The translations under genes and the position numbers were made by a program. The notes beneath the pieces are model-generated. The model saw only the letters and a program-made list of their open reading frames with translations, was not told the origin of the DNA and made no database searches. From contig CAVSBT010000030.1 of assembly GCA_963726245.1 (NCBI GenBank), positions 37,480-101,479 of the forward strand: a stretch of DNA of 64,000 nucleotides, given 5' to 3'. The DNA is from an uncultured Chloroflexia bacterium. GTDB lineage: Bacteria; Chloroflexota; Dehalococcoidia; DSTF01; JALHUB01. Shown one piece after another: positions 1 to 10,979 of this stretch. The first letter of the stretch is position 1. Each line of letters starts with the position of its first letter.

Positions 1-16
1 GCTCGACGCACCGGCC

Positions 17-2663
17 GTGCTCACACGATTGGAGACTTCCGAGAATGGTCTGAGTGCGGCTGAGGCAACGGGCCGCCTGGGCAAGCTCGGGCCAAACGCC
101 GTTCGCAGCCACGGTGCGAATGCCCTGGATGTGCTGCTCCGCCAGGTCAAGAGCCCCCTCCTGATCCTGCTGGTGGCGGCCGCAGCCACGTCGCTGGTCG
201 TCGGGGAGCGAACCGACGCCCTGATCATCTTTGCCATCATGGCCCTCAGCGTAGGGCTCGGGTTCTTCAATGAGTACCGGGCCGCGCGCGCCGTAGAAGC
301 GCTGCACTCTCGCATCCGCCACACCGCCGTCACGTCCCGCGACGGCAAAGTCGTCGAGGTCGATCTCACGGACCTGGTGCCCGGTGACGTCGTGCGTCTC
401 ACCGTCGGCGAGGTGGTGCCGGCAGATATGCGTCTCCTGGAGGCCGACGAGCTAACGTGTGATGAGGCGATGCTGACGGGTGAAGCGACGCCCGCGGAGA
501 AGAACACCACCCCTGCGCCTCCGGCCGAATCACCCCTCGATCTGCCGTCGTGCGTATTCATGGGCACCGTGGTGCGCACAGGCGGCGGCCGCGGAGTGGT
601 AGTGCAGACGGGAAGAAACACCGCCTTCGGTCGCATCGCCATCCGCCTCGGCGAGGCGCAGGAAGAGACCGGCTTCCAGCTCGGCCTCCGCGATTTCTCC
701 GTCCTGCTCGTAAAGGTCACGGTCGTTCTGACCGTGTCCATCTTCGTCATCAACGTCGCACTGCGACGGCCGCTTCTGGATGCCGCACTCTTCGCTCTAG
801 CCATCGCGGTAGGGCTCACGCCGCAGCTCTTGCCCGCCATCGTTACGATTAGCCTTTCGACCGGCGCCCGTCATCTGGCCCGCAAATCGGTGATCGTCAA
901 GCGGCTCGTAAGCATCGAGGACCTGGGCAACATGGAGGTGCTGTTTACCGACAAGACAGGCACCCTCACGGAAGGTAAGATCACCTACTCGGCGGCCCTC
1001 GATCCCGCCGGCAACCCCTCGAGTGAAGCGTTCCTTCTCGGGCTGCTGTGCAACTCGGCGACGGTCGAAGGCGGCGTCACCGTCAGCGGGAATCCTCTCG
1101 ACCGCGCCCTGTGGGACGCTCCCCAAGCCGCAAGCACCCCCGTGTCGGACTTCGTCCGTCTCGCCGAGGCCCCCTTTGACTACGACCGTCAGCGGATGTC
1201 GGTGCTGGTGCAGGACCCGAAGGGAGCCCGCCGCGTGATAACGAAGGGTGCGCCCGAGTCGGTGCTTGCCCTCTGCCACGAGGTCCCGCCGAGCGTGCCC
1301 GCCCTGCTGAATGCCCAGTTCGATGCCGGCAGCCGGACCATCGCCGTGGCGACTCGTGACGGAGAGCGGCCTCTCGACCATCGGCCCTCAGGACGAGCAC
1401 GACCTCCAGTTCGCTGGGTTCCTCACCTTCGTCGATCGGGCGAAGCCCGACGTTGGCGCTTCGATCGAACGGCTGAACAAGCTCGGCATCACCGTCAAGA
1501 TTGTTACGGGAGACAACGACCGGGTGGCGACCAAGCTCTGCACCGATCTGGGCATGCCCGTCGCTGGTACGCTGACCGGTACCGCCTTGGAGAAGCTGAG
1601 CGATGATGAGCTGGTGGCGGCGCTGCCTTCGACTACGATCTTCGCCCGGGTAACACCTGAACAGAAGTCGCGGATCATCCGGGCCCAGCGGACGCTGGGC
1701 GCCGACGTCGGCTTCCTCGGCGATGGGGTCAACGATGCGGTTGCACTGCATGACGCCGATGTCGGCATCTCAGTGGACTCCGGCGCCGACGTGGCCAAGG
1801 ACGCCGCCGACATCGTGTTGCTTGACAAGGACCTGGGCATCCTGGCGGGCGGCGTCGTCGAGGGCAGGCGCGTATTCGCCAACACCATCAAGTACGTGCT
1901 GATGGGGACATCATCCAACTTCGGCAACATGTTCAGCGCCGGCGGCGCCTCTCTCGTGCTGTCCTTCCTGCCGATGCTACCGCCGCAGATCCTCCTCAAT
2001 AACCTCCTCTACGACGTGAGCGAGATGACCATCCCGACGGACAACGTCGACGAGGAGCTGCTGGAGCATCCGGCGCACTGGGACACCTCTTTCATCCGCA
2101 AGTTCATGATGTTCTTCGGTCCCATCAGCTCGGTGTATGACTTTCTCACTTTTGGGGTCATGCTGTGGGTCTTTAACGCCGGCGAGACGCTGTTTCATTC
2201 CGGGTGGTTCGCCGAGTCGCTCGCCACGCAAACGCTGGTGATCTTCATCATCCGCACCAGGCGGATTCCCTTCTTCCACAGTCGCCCCAGCCGCCCACTG
2301 CTGGCGACGACGCTGGCCTGCGCCGCCATCGGTGTCGTGCTCCCGTTCTCGCCTCTGGCAGGCCTGCTCGGGTTCACGGCGCTGCCCGCCGGCTTCCTTG
2401 CGATCCTGGTGCTGATGGTCGTCACGTATCTGGGTCTGGTCGAGGCCGGCAAGTCGCGGTTCTTCCGGCCGGAGCCGGGCGAGCGGCCTCTGGCCCGGAG
2501 ACGCGGGAAGTGGGAGAGGCGCGTTCACCGGGTTGCGGCGCGCTGGAGCCACCCGAGGCTTCCCGGGACGGGGACTGCCTCACGGAGTCGCCTGAGGTCA
2601 AGCCGCAGGTCTTCGGCCGGCTTGAACAGCGGATCGTCCGACAAGACTGGGGCGGAGCCGTAG
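17..2663 (+). CDS. mgtA: Mg2+-importing P-type ATPase (MgtA-like); one frame break near 1350-1380; possibly 5'-partial at window edge
   Basis: ORF 17..1606 carries the P-type phosphorylation motif DKTGTLTEGKI. ORF 1311..2663 (+1 frame) continues with KIVTGDN, GDGVNDAVAL and the MgtA-type C-terminal block LLYDVSEMTIPTDNVDEE. The two frames overlap at 1311..1606. The first frame is open back to nt 2. Confidence 0.85.
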
Positions 2664-2745
2664 CGGCACCGGCAGGCTGCGGTCTGACAAGCCGAGCGAG
2701 GGCTAGCAGATGCCAGCCCTCGCTCCCTTCTCGGCCAATTGCCTG

Positions 2746-3084
2746 TTAGAGTGCGGCCTCTCCCCTCTCGCCGGTGCGGACGCGCATGGCATCGTCAATC
2801 GTGGAGACGAAGACCTTGCCATCGCCAATCTCGCCCGTGCGTGCGCTGTCTCTGATCGCCTTGAGGACCTTCTCCGCCATGGTGTCAGCGACCACCACCT
2901 CGATCTTCACCTTGGGAAGGACGTCGACGCTGTAGGCCGTGCCACGCCACTGCTGGGTGATACCGCGCTGCGTGCCATGTCCCTTGACCTCGGTGAACGT
3001 GAGACCGCCGTAGCCGATCTCCTCGAGCGCCTTCTGCACCAGCGCCACCCGCTCCGGCCGGACTATCGCTTCGATCTTCTTCAT
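2746..3084 (-). CDS. glnK: P-II nitrogen regulatory protein
   Basis: 112 codons from ATG 3084 with GGAGG just upstream. Sequence MKKIEAIVRPERV..., T-loop GTQRGITQQWRGTAY. Lies immediately downstream of amt, as in amtB-glnK operons. Confidence 0.93.
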   Translation of the reverse strand: MKKIEAIVRPERVALVQKALEEIGYGGLTFTEVKGHGTQRGITQQWRGTAYSVDVLPKVKIEVVVADTMAEKVLKAIRDSARTGEIGDGKVFVSTIDDAMRVRTGERGEAAL

Positions 3085-3121
3085 CTCTGCTAACCTCCGC
3101 TTCAAGGAATCACGTCCCGCG

Positions 3122-4796
3122 TCAGGAGCCAGCGCCGACGGGTTCAGACCCGGACAGAGCACGCCGGAGCAGATCCTCCGGGATGGAGCCGTGGAGCTCT
3201 CGCTCCATCACGAAACCGGCGTAACCCGACACGCCGAATTCCGGCTCGTCCAGCCCCAGGACCTCCGCCTCCTCCGACACACGCATCGATGTTACCGCCT
3301 TGTAGGCTCCGAAGACGAGCATCGTCACGCCGAATGCCCAGCAGAAGCTGACGACGACGCTGAAGAGCTGGGCGCCCATCTGACCAACGTCGCCGTAGAA
3401 CAGGCCGGTGACATTGCCAGTGATGCCGTTCCAGCCTGCGCCGTACGTCCCGTCGGCGAAGAGGCCGAGGGCGATGAGTCCCCAGGCACCGCAAACGCCA
3501 TGGACTGAGACGGCGCCGCAGGGGTCATCCACATGGGCAACGTTGTCCCAGAACCAGACGCTGACACAGACCAGCAGGCCGGCGACAAGCCCGATGATCG
3601 CGGCCGCGTAAGGGGCGACAAAGGCGCAAGGGCGCGGTGATCGCGACCAGGCCGGCCAGCATGCCGTTGCAGGACATGGAGATGTCGGGTTTGCCATAGA
3701 CCCAGGCGGTGTAGGCGATCGCGGCGGCGGCGCCAAAGACAGAGGCGGTCGCCGTGTTCTCGATGATGACGGCGATGCGCAGGTCTGAGGAGCCGAGCGT
3801 CGAACCGGGGTTGAAGCCCATCCATCCGAAGAGAAGTATGAACGTGCCGACGACAACATAGGGGATGCTGTGGCCGGGGATGGCGTTGGGCTTCCCGTCA
3901 CGGTTGAACTTACCGATACGCGGCCCGAGGAGGATGGCGAGCGCCAGGGCGGTCCAGCCGCCCACCGCATGGACGACGCCGGAGCCGGCGAAGTCGACGG
4001 CGCCGTGGCCGAGATTCAGGCTACTGCCGATCTGAGAGAGCCAGCCGCCACCCCAGATCCAGTTACCGTAGATGGGATAGACGATCCCGCCGATAAGGAG
4101 CTCGGCGAAGATAAACGTCTTGAAGTTTATTCGCTCGGCGATGGCACCAACGATGATGTAGCCGGCCGTCTCCATGAAGACGACTTCGAAGAAGAAGAGG
4201 GCCAGGGCGCTCACATCATAGCTATGGCCGGACTGGAGAAAGAAACCGTTGAGGCCGATGAGGCCCCAGTGGCTGCCGCTCACTGTCAATAGGTGGCCCA
4301 AGACCATCGCCCCGCCCAAGTTGCCGGGGGCGGCGTTCAGCGCCGTGCCTCCGAACTGGAACGCGAAGCCCACCGTGTAGTAAGCGATCCAGGCGATGAC
4401 AAAGGCGGCGAAGTTGAGCATCATCATGTGGCCGGCGTTCTTCGCCCGCGTCAGCCCGGTGGTGAGGAGAGCGAAGCCGGCCTGCATGAAGAGCACGAAG
4501 GAGCCCATGATCAGCGTCCAGGTGAAGTCGACGGCGATCTTGTCGTGGCCAACCTGCGTGGCGAGCGCGCCGACATCGTTCTGTGCGCATTTCTGGGCGT
4601 CTGCTTCGCTAGTTGCGCCCTGACACTGTTGAGAGAAGGCACCGCCGCCGTTACCGGAGAAAGTCACGGCGTTGACGGCGCCGCCCGTCTGAGTGCCGCT
4701 GGCGTCGCCGTGGTGGAACTGGGAGACCGCCACCAGGGCTATAAGCGTGATGACCGTCAGGGCTACAAGCTTCTGAATGCCGCTCCACTTTCTCAC
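3122..4796 (-). CDS. amt: ammonium transporter (Amt/MEP family); one frame break near 3625-3640
   Basis: GTG 4796 preceded by AAGGAGAA. Multi-TM Amt sequence (AVDFAGSGVVHAVGGWTALA, VHGVCGAWGLIALGLFA). N-terminal part is in the frame of ORF 3525..5267, C-terminal part in the frame of ORF 3122..3970. Join reads AITAP|CAFVAPYAAAIIG. Confidence 0.9.
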
Positions 4797-4919
4797 GATC
4801 GTTCTCCTTTCCGGATCCACTCCTCGCTTACGCAGGCGGAGTGCCCAATACAGTGTTCCAGCGATGGGCCACGAATCGCGGGATCGTGTCCCATTGTCCC
4901 GATCATCCTGAGGCCCCGC

Positions 4920-5267
4920 AAACGGCTGCACCAGGCCGTAGCCACGGCCGCGTACCGTCTCGAGCCTGTGGGGCCGTGACGCGGCCAGCTTGGTCCGCAG
5001 GCGGCACACCATGACCGCCAACCGTCGTCTCTCGCGCGCCCCGCTGGAGCGCCACAAAGTGCGCGTCAGCTCTTCGTAGGCGATGATGCGGTTCGCTTTG
5101 TTCACCAGGACCCGCAGCAACTCGAACTCCAAGTACGTGAGCTCCGTGGGCTGGTTGGCCACCATCGCCCGGTAGCTCGCCACATCGAGGGCCACGTTGC
5201 CTGCGCAGAGCACCGTCATCTCGGCCGGTGCCGACGACACCCGGACTTGTGACATCGCACGCACCAT
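4920..5267 (-). CDS. stand-alone OmpR/PhoB-type winged-helix DNA-binding domain protein (no receiver domain); 3' end undefined
   Basis: ATG 5267 with GGAGGA about 10 nt upstream. LTYLEFELLRVL...CRLRTKL...ETVRGRGYGL matches the Trans_reg_C pattern. The frame continues without a stop into the amt start. Confidence 0.6.
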
Positions 5268-5476
5268 GGTTGCTCGTTCCTCCCCACACGAAAGAGTATT
5301 GTATCGAGCGTAGCAGCGTCAGGTTGCGTGTTGAATTCGGGAAGATTACTGGAGGGTTAAATCTGTGTTACGCGGTCCGGCGGGGGCAGCCCGGCGAGCG
5401 TGTCGAACCCCTCGATGAACTCGCCCACAGCCAGGAACAATAGAGGATGGGGGGTCACCTCTCAGGTCGTGGAGTG

Positions 5477-6316
5477 CTATCCCATCACACGACGCAGGAG
5501 GTCGCGGGGCTTCAACACGGTGGCGCCGCCGATGGCGATGTCCCGCCGTTCGAACGCTCGCAGCGCCATCACAATCAACAGGAGCGTGACACCCAGCAGC
5601 AGGGCCACGTGCGGCCAGTCGATTCCCTTCACGAGTGGCAGGCCGGCGCCGTAGTAGTAGAACGGCGAGGCGAATCGCAAGCCTGAGACCTCTTGCACCC
5701 CGCTCGCCAGGCTGTTCACGAAGTAGGTGGCTGTGGCAACGCCGGCTGCGACGCCGGCAGCAACGGCCCGGTTGGCCGCTACTGCACTGAGCCATAGCGA
5801 GAGGGCGAAGAACAGGAGCGTGATGGGCAGCATGTTCGCGCATGCCACAGCGGCATCGGCCAGCGTGACGTCGATGGAGACAAAAGGTATCGACACGACG
5901 AACCCGACAAACCCCAGGACGACCACGAGCACGGCGCCGGCGCAGAACGCCAGGCACTTCTGGAGCACCATCGTCGAGCGGGCGACCGGCTGCGCCATCA
6001 GCAGGTCGATCGTGCCGCTGCCCTCCTCGCCGGCGATGGCCCCCGTGCCCTGGACCACCGCATAGACTATGAGCAGCACCGGTATCCAGCTAAAGAACTC
6101 GGCGCTGATGAAACCCGGCGCGGATGCGTAGCTGAGGTCACTGCCCAGGAAGGCCTGCAGCGCTGGTGGCAACTTGATGCTCTCGACCGTGGTGCGGTAC
6201 GACGGCCAGATGAAGATGATCATTGCGGCCATGGCCAGGAGCGCCAACCCGTAGCCGATTATCTGCCACCTCTGGTCCCGCAGCGACTTGTCAGCAACGT
6301 TGAAGATCTGACGCAT
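5477..6316 (-). CDS. ABC-2 type transporter permease
   Basis: ATG 6316 preceded by GGAGGAGGAAG. About 6 hydrophobic helices. Overlaps the stop of the upstream ABC ATPase by 26 nt, suggesting translational coupling. Confidence 0.75.
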   Translation of the reverse strand: MRQIFNVADKSLRDQRWQIIGYGLALLAMAAMIIFIWPSYRTTVESIKLPPALQAFLGSDLSYASAPGFISAEFFSWIPVLLIVYAVVQGTGAIAGEEGSGTIDLLMAQPVARSTMVLQKCLAFCAGAVLVVVLGFVGFVVSIPFVSIDVTLADAAVACANMLPITLLFFALSLWLSAVAANRAVAAGVAAGVATATYFVNSLASGVQEVSGLRFASPFYYYGAGLPLVKGIDWPHVALLLGVTLLLIVMALRAFERRDIAIGGATVLKPRDLLRRVMG

Positions 6317-7223
6317 CGGCTTCCTCCTCCGGCTCTGCAGCCGAGTAGTAGGCGAGGAAGACATCCTCCAGGCTCGGCTGCTCCGTCCGCAGGTCGATCA
6401 CTTGCTGTCGCCCTATCGCCTTGATGACGGCGTCCAGGCTGTCGCGCGACTGGACATGCACGGTGTTGCCGTCTCGCCTCAGCTCGCGCACCCCGGGCAG
6501 CGCGAACAGGTCGGCAGGGGGCGGCTCTGCGAAAGTCACCTCCAGGATGTGCACGCTTCGCCCCTTTAGCCTCGCGATATCCTCCACGGCCACTATCGAG
6601 CCGCTCCTGATGATGGCGACGGCGTGGCTCAGCCGTTCGACCTCTGAGAGGACGTGGGATGAGAAGAAGACGCTCCGCCCGTCGGCGACCGCCTCCTCCA
6701 GCAGTCGCGCCACCTCCTGCTGCACCAGCGGGTCGAGGCCGCTCGTCGGCTCGTCGAGGATGAGCAGCTCCGGCCGGTGCATCAACGCCTGCACCAGCCC
6801 CATCTTCTGCTTGTTGCCCTTGGAGAGCGTCCGAATGGTCAGCGACGGGTCGAGGTCCAGCCGTTCCAGCAGGTCCCGTCGGTAAGCCGGGTCGCGCTTG
6901 TCCGGCCGGAAGGAGTCGACCAGGTCAAGGAAGTCGTGCCCGCGCATCCCCTCGTACAGCCGCAGGTCGCCCGGGAGGTAGCCGACACGCCGCCGCACCT
7001 CCAGCGACTGCCGCTGCGCGTCGAGGCCGAGGACGCGCGCGGTGCCGGCCGTCGGGCGGATCAGGTCGAGGAGGATACGCATCGTCGTCGTCTTGCCGGC
7101 GCCGTTCGGCCCCAGGAAGCCATAAATCTGGCCCGCCTCGACGCTGAGGTCGATCCCGCGCAGAGCACGCACTTGCCCGTAGTCCTTCACGACACCCCGC
7201 AGCTCGATTACCGGAACGGACAC
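6291..7223 (-). CDS. ABC transporter ATP-binding protein
   Basis: Walker A GPNGAGKTT, signature LSKGNKQKM, Walker B LLILDEPTSGLD. 310 codons. Confidence 0.9.
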   Translation of the reverse strand: MSVPVIELRGVVKDYGQVRALRGIDLSVEAGQIYGFLGPNGAGKTTTMRILLDLIRPTAGTARVLGLDAQRQSLEVRRRVGYLPGDLRLYEGMRGHDFLDLVDSFRPDKRDPAYRRDLLERLDLDPSLTIRTLSKGNKQKMGLVQALMHRPELLILDEPTSGLDPLVQQEVARLLEEAVADGRSVFFSSHVLSEVERLSHAVAIIRSGSIVAVEDIARLKGRSVHILEVTFAEPPPADLFALPGVRELRRDGNTVHVQSRDSLDAVIKAIGRQQVIDLRTEQPSLEDVFLAYYSAAEPEEEADASDLQRC

Positions 7224-7296
7224 GACGCGTTTCCCTTCTCTAACGGTCGGCCTATTATATTGGCGAAGCAGCGAAAAGATCAGCCGCGCGGCGGCA

Positions 7297-8096
7297 TTAT
7301 TCGCCCTGGGTTCGCCGCCGGCGAGGAAACCAGGGAATGAAGGCCGACGTGGTCTCGATGTAATCTCTGTACTGCGGCTTGGTCTCGACCTGCCTCCTCT
7401 CGAGCAGGGCCACCCCCGAAACCCTCAGCAGCAGCCCCGTCATGATCAGGGGGCCGTACACGGTCCAGGCCCCGTGCACGGTGGCCGCAGCGATGATGAA
7501 GCAGCCCCACCAGACGGTTGCGTCGCCGAAGTAGTTGGGATGCCGGGTGTAAGCCCAGAGGCCGGTACGCATCACCTTCCCGCGGTTGGCAGGGTCGGCC
7601 TTAAAGCGCGCTAGCTGCCAGTCGCCGACAGCCTCGAACAGGAAGCCGGTGCCCCATACCAGTGCTCCCAAGAGGTCGACCACGTTCAGTTCGTCGGGCG
7701 ACTTGTAGAACTGGGCGCCCAGGATGGGGGCAGAGATGAGCCAGAGCAGCAGCCCTTGCAGCAGGAAGACCTGAAGGAGGCTGGTCCACCAGAACCTATC
7801 GCCCGCCTGCTCCCGCCAGCGCCGGTAGCGGTAGTCCTCCCCCTTGCCCCAGTTCCGCCACAGGATGTAGGCCGAAAGCCTCAGCCCCCAGACACCGACA
7901 AGGCAGGTGATGAGGATCTTGCGTCCGATGAACCCGTCGGTGAGGACGAAGTAGACAGCGGCCAGGAGCAGGAAGCCCAGCCCCCAGAAGATGTCGACGA
8001 CACTGGCATCCTTCCTGGCCAGGCTGAGCAGCCAGACCAGGATCACATACGTCAGCGCGCAAACAGGGAGAGGCTGAGGACATCGAGCAAGGCCAT
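7297..8096 (-). CDS. DUF1295 / steroid 5-alpha-reductase-like membrane protein; 5' end uncertain (possible frame break near 8055)
   Basis: VVDIFWGLGF...WRNWGKGEDYRYRRW...TGLWAYTRHPNYFGD is typical of the DUF1295 family. An ATG at 8096 (MALLDVLSLSLF) lies in a neighbouring frame and would give a normal N-terminal helix. Confidence 0.7.
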
Positions 8097-8135
8097 CTCT
8101 GCCCGACAAGATCACGGCTGGACCGCCGAGAGCTC

Positions 8136-9350
8136 CTATCCCACACGCTCGACCACGGCCGCGATGCCCTGACCGCCGCCGATGCACATCGTCTCCAGCC
8201 CGAAGCGGACCTGACGCCGCGCCATCTCGTTCAGCATCGTTGCCATGATGCGGCCGCCCGTGGCGCCCACAGGATGGCCGATGGAGATGCCCGAGCCGTT
8301 GACGTTCGTCCGGTCGAAGTCACGCTCCGTGAACCCCCACTCGCGGGTGCAGGCCAGCACCTGCGATGCGAAGGCCTCGTTCAGCTCGATCAGCTCCATG
8401 TCCTTCAGGGTGAGCCCCGCGTGCTCCAGCGCCTTCTTGCTGGCGGGCACGGGACCCAAGCCCATGTAGGCAGGGTGCACACCGGCCACCGCCCAGGAGA
8501 CGAGCTTGCCCATCGGCTTCAGGCCGAGCTCGGCCGCCTTCTCCGGAAAGGTGATGAGGCAGCAGGCGGCGGCGTCGTTCTCGCCGCTGGCGTTGCCGGC
8601 GGTGACGGTTGCCTCCGGGTCTTGCTTGAGACGGATCGGCCGCAGCGAGGCCAGTCGCTCCAACGTCGTGTCGGCCCGCGGATGCTCATCCCGGGCAAAG
8701 ACTGTGGGCTCGCCCTTCTTCGACGGCACGGTGACAGGCACGGTCTCCGCGTCGAACCTGCCGGCCTCCCAAGCGGCGACGGCGCGCTGGTGAGAACGAA
8801 GCGCCAGCTCGTCCTGCTCCTCACGCGGGATCTTGTACTGGCGGCGGAGGTTCTCCGCCGTCTCCAGCATGCCGCCCTCGACCGGATAGCGGCGGCTGCC
8901 GGCCGTCACGCGGCCGCGGTTGAGCCGGTCCAAGAGAGTCAAGTCGCCGCGGTTCGGTCCCCAGCGCATGTTGTTGACGTAGAACTCCGCGTTGCTCATG
9001 CTCTCCACGCCGCCGGCCAGCACCACGTCGGCCGCGCCGGTCTGCACCTCCATGGCCGCAAAACAGATCGCGAGAAGCCCGGAGCCGCAGCGGCGGTCGA
9101 CCTGACACCCCGGCACCTCAACCGGCAGCCCAGCCTGCAACACGGCGAGCCGGCCAATAGCCGGCGTCTCGCCGTTGGGGTAGCAGTGCCCGAAGACACA
9201 GTCGTCGATCACACGCGGGTCCAGCTTCGTCCGCTCCAGCACAGCGCCGACGACCAGTGCCGCCAGCGTCTCCACGTCGACATCGCGGAGCGCACCACCA
9301 AAGCGGCCAACCGGCGTGCGCACCGGGCTACAGATTACGGCTTCGCGCAT
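8136..9350 (-). CDS. acetyl-CoA C-acetyltransferase (thiolase)
   Basis: ATG 9350 (MREAVICSPVRTPVGRFGG) with GGAGGA upstream. Active-site regions VDRRCGSGL and GLETMCIGGGQG. 404 codons. Confidence 0.92.
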   Translation of the reverse strand: MREAVICSPVRTPVGRFGGALRDVDVETLAALVVGAVLERTKLDPRVIDDCVFGHCYPNGETPAIGRLAVLQAGLPVEVPGCQVDRRCGSGLLAICFAAMEVQTGAADVVLAGGVESMSNAEFYVNNMRWGPNRGDLTLLDRLNRGRVTAGSRRYPVEGGMLETAENLRRQYKIPREEQDELALRSHQRAVAAWEAGRFDAETVPVTVPSKKGEPTVFARDEHPRADTTLERLASLRPIRLKQDPEATVTAGNASGENDAAACCLITFPEKAAELGLKPMGKLVSWAVAGVHPAYMGLGPVPASKKALEHAGLTLKDMELIELNEAFASQVLACTREWGFTERDFDRTNVNGSGISIGHPVGATGGRIMATMLNEMARRQVRFGLETMCIGGGQGIAAVVERVG

Positions 9351-9683
9351 GATCGTCCTCCTAATCCAAGCCTTCCTATCTGAGGTTGCCAACTGCGCCG
9401 ACAGAGCGCAGGACACTATCGAAACGTGCTCATCGTACCACCGGCCTTTGCCTCGGCCAAGACGAACCTGCGATGCGGGCGGCCACCCGCAAACGCGGGG
9501 CGCGGCTGGCCAGTTGCGCATCTCCACCAGTCTGCTTGACCGTTGCGGATGCCATCCGCACACTTCCCTCTAGACAGCGTTCGCGTTCTGCCGTGGTGAT
9601 AGTGATCGCCCGGTCGTGCCCGGCCAAGAAAGCCGAGGGCGGCCCGAGCGGCGCGACGGCATGGGGCAAAGGAGGTCGTCGCC

Positions 9684-10979
9684 ATGCTGGGAGGACACAG
9701 ATACTGGCGGGCAGGCATTCGTTCTGGCACGGGAGGCGTCAGGCGATGGATCCTGGCCGGCGTCGCACTGTGTCTGATCACCCTGGTCGCCATCTCGTGC
9801 GGCGGCTCGTCTCATCAAGACGGCTCGCCCTCAGCGACCGCACCGTCCTCGCCGGCGCCGTCGAACACTGTCTGGCTGTGCCGCCCCGGACTCGCCAACA
9901 ATCCCTGCGAAAGCGATCTCACGACCACGGTGGTGTCTGCCGACGGCTCGAGCACCACCGAGGCGGCGACTCCGGCGAAGGACCCGCCGATCGACTGCTT
10001 CTACGTGTACCCAACGGTCAGCGGCCAGACAACCACGAACGCCAACCTGGACATCGACCCGGAAGAAAAGGCAGTCGCCGTCCAGCAGGCGGCCCGCTTC
10101 TCGCAGGTATGCAAGGTGTACGCCCCCATGTACCGGCAGCTCACCGTGGCGGGGCTCGGCGCGGCGGTCGGCACGGCGGGTGGGGGCGGACTGCGAGGTC
10201 CCAACCCGGCCTACGCCGACGTGCTCTCCGCGTGGCAGGACTACCTAGCCCATTACAACAACGGCCGGGGGGTCGTCCTCATCGGCCACTCCCAGGGGGC
10301 AGCCATGCTGGCCCGTCTGGTCACGTCTGAGATCGACCCCAACCCGGCCTTGCGTGCCCGCCTTGTCTCGGCGCTGCTGATGGCCGGCAACATATCGGTC
10401 GCCGCGGGTCAGGACGTGGGTGGTGACTTTCAGAACATTCCCGCCTGCCGGTCCGCCGATCAAACAGGCTGTGTGGTGGCCTACTCAAGCTTCATCCAGC
10501 CGCCGCCGCCCGATACCCCGTGGGGCAGGGTGAACGTCGGCCTGAGGTTGGGCGAGCAAGCCAATGGGAATCTAGAGGTGCTGTGCGTCAACCCGGCTTC
10601 GCTTTCAGGGGGCACGGGCCCGCTGGAGCCCTACTTCTTGGCCACTCGTCTCCCCGGGGTATTTGGCGCCGACTTGATCGGAACACCCTCCGCCCCCACG
10701 CCGTGGCTGGCCTACCCCGGCCTCTACACCGCCCACTGCGAGAGCTCCGGCGGCACCAACTGGCTGCAGGTTGACGCCACCAATATCGCCGGTGACCAAA
10801 GGTGGGTAGCAAGGCAGACGCTCGGGCCCACATGGGGGTTGCACCTCGTCGATGTGAACATCGCGATGGGCAACCTCGTGGACCTCGTTCGCCAGCAGGC
10901 CGCACGCCTACTCACACTGAGGGAAGCGGGGATTGAGGTTGTCCTACTGAGGAGCCGCCCGATCGTGGACTCTGCTTGA
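9684..10979 (+). CDS. secreted/lipoprotein alpha/beta hydrolase, DUF3089-like
   Basis: Lipobox-like LVAISCGG. IDCFYVYPTV...VYAPMYRQ and a GHSQGA nucleophile elbow. Confidence 0.65.
   Translation: MLGGHRYWRAGIRSGTGGVRRWILAGVALCLITLVAISCGGSSHQDGSPSATAPSSPAPSNTVWLCRPGLANNPCESDLTTTVVSADGSSTTEAATPAKDPPIDCFYVYPTVSGQTTTNANLDIDPEEKAVAVQQAARFSQVCKVYAPMYRQLTVAGLGAAVGTAGGGGLRGPNPAYADVLSAWQDYLAHYNNGRGVVLIGHSQGAAMLARLVTSEIDPNPALRARLVSALLMAGNISVAAGQDVGGDFQNIPACRSADQTGCVVAYSSFIQPPPPDTPWGRVNVGLRLGEQANGNLEVLCVNPASLSGGTGPLEPYFLATRLPGVFGADLIGTPSAPTPWLAYPGLYTAHCESSGGTNWLQVDATNIAGDQRWVARQTLGPTWGLHLVDVNIAMGNLVDLVRQQAARLLTLREAGIEVVLLRSRPIVDSA

Noticed and set aside
2710-3093. 127-aa plus-strand ORF
   Set aside because: It is antisense to the unambiguous P-II gene.
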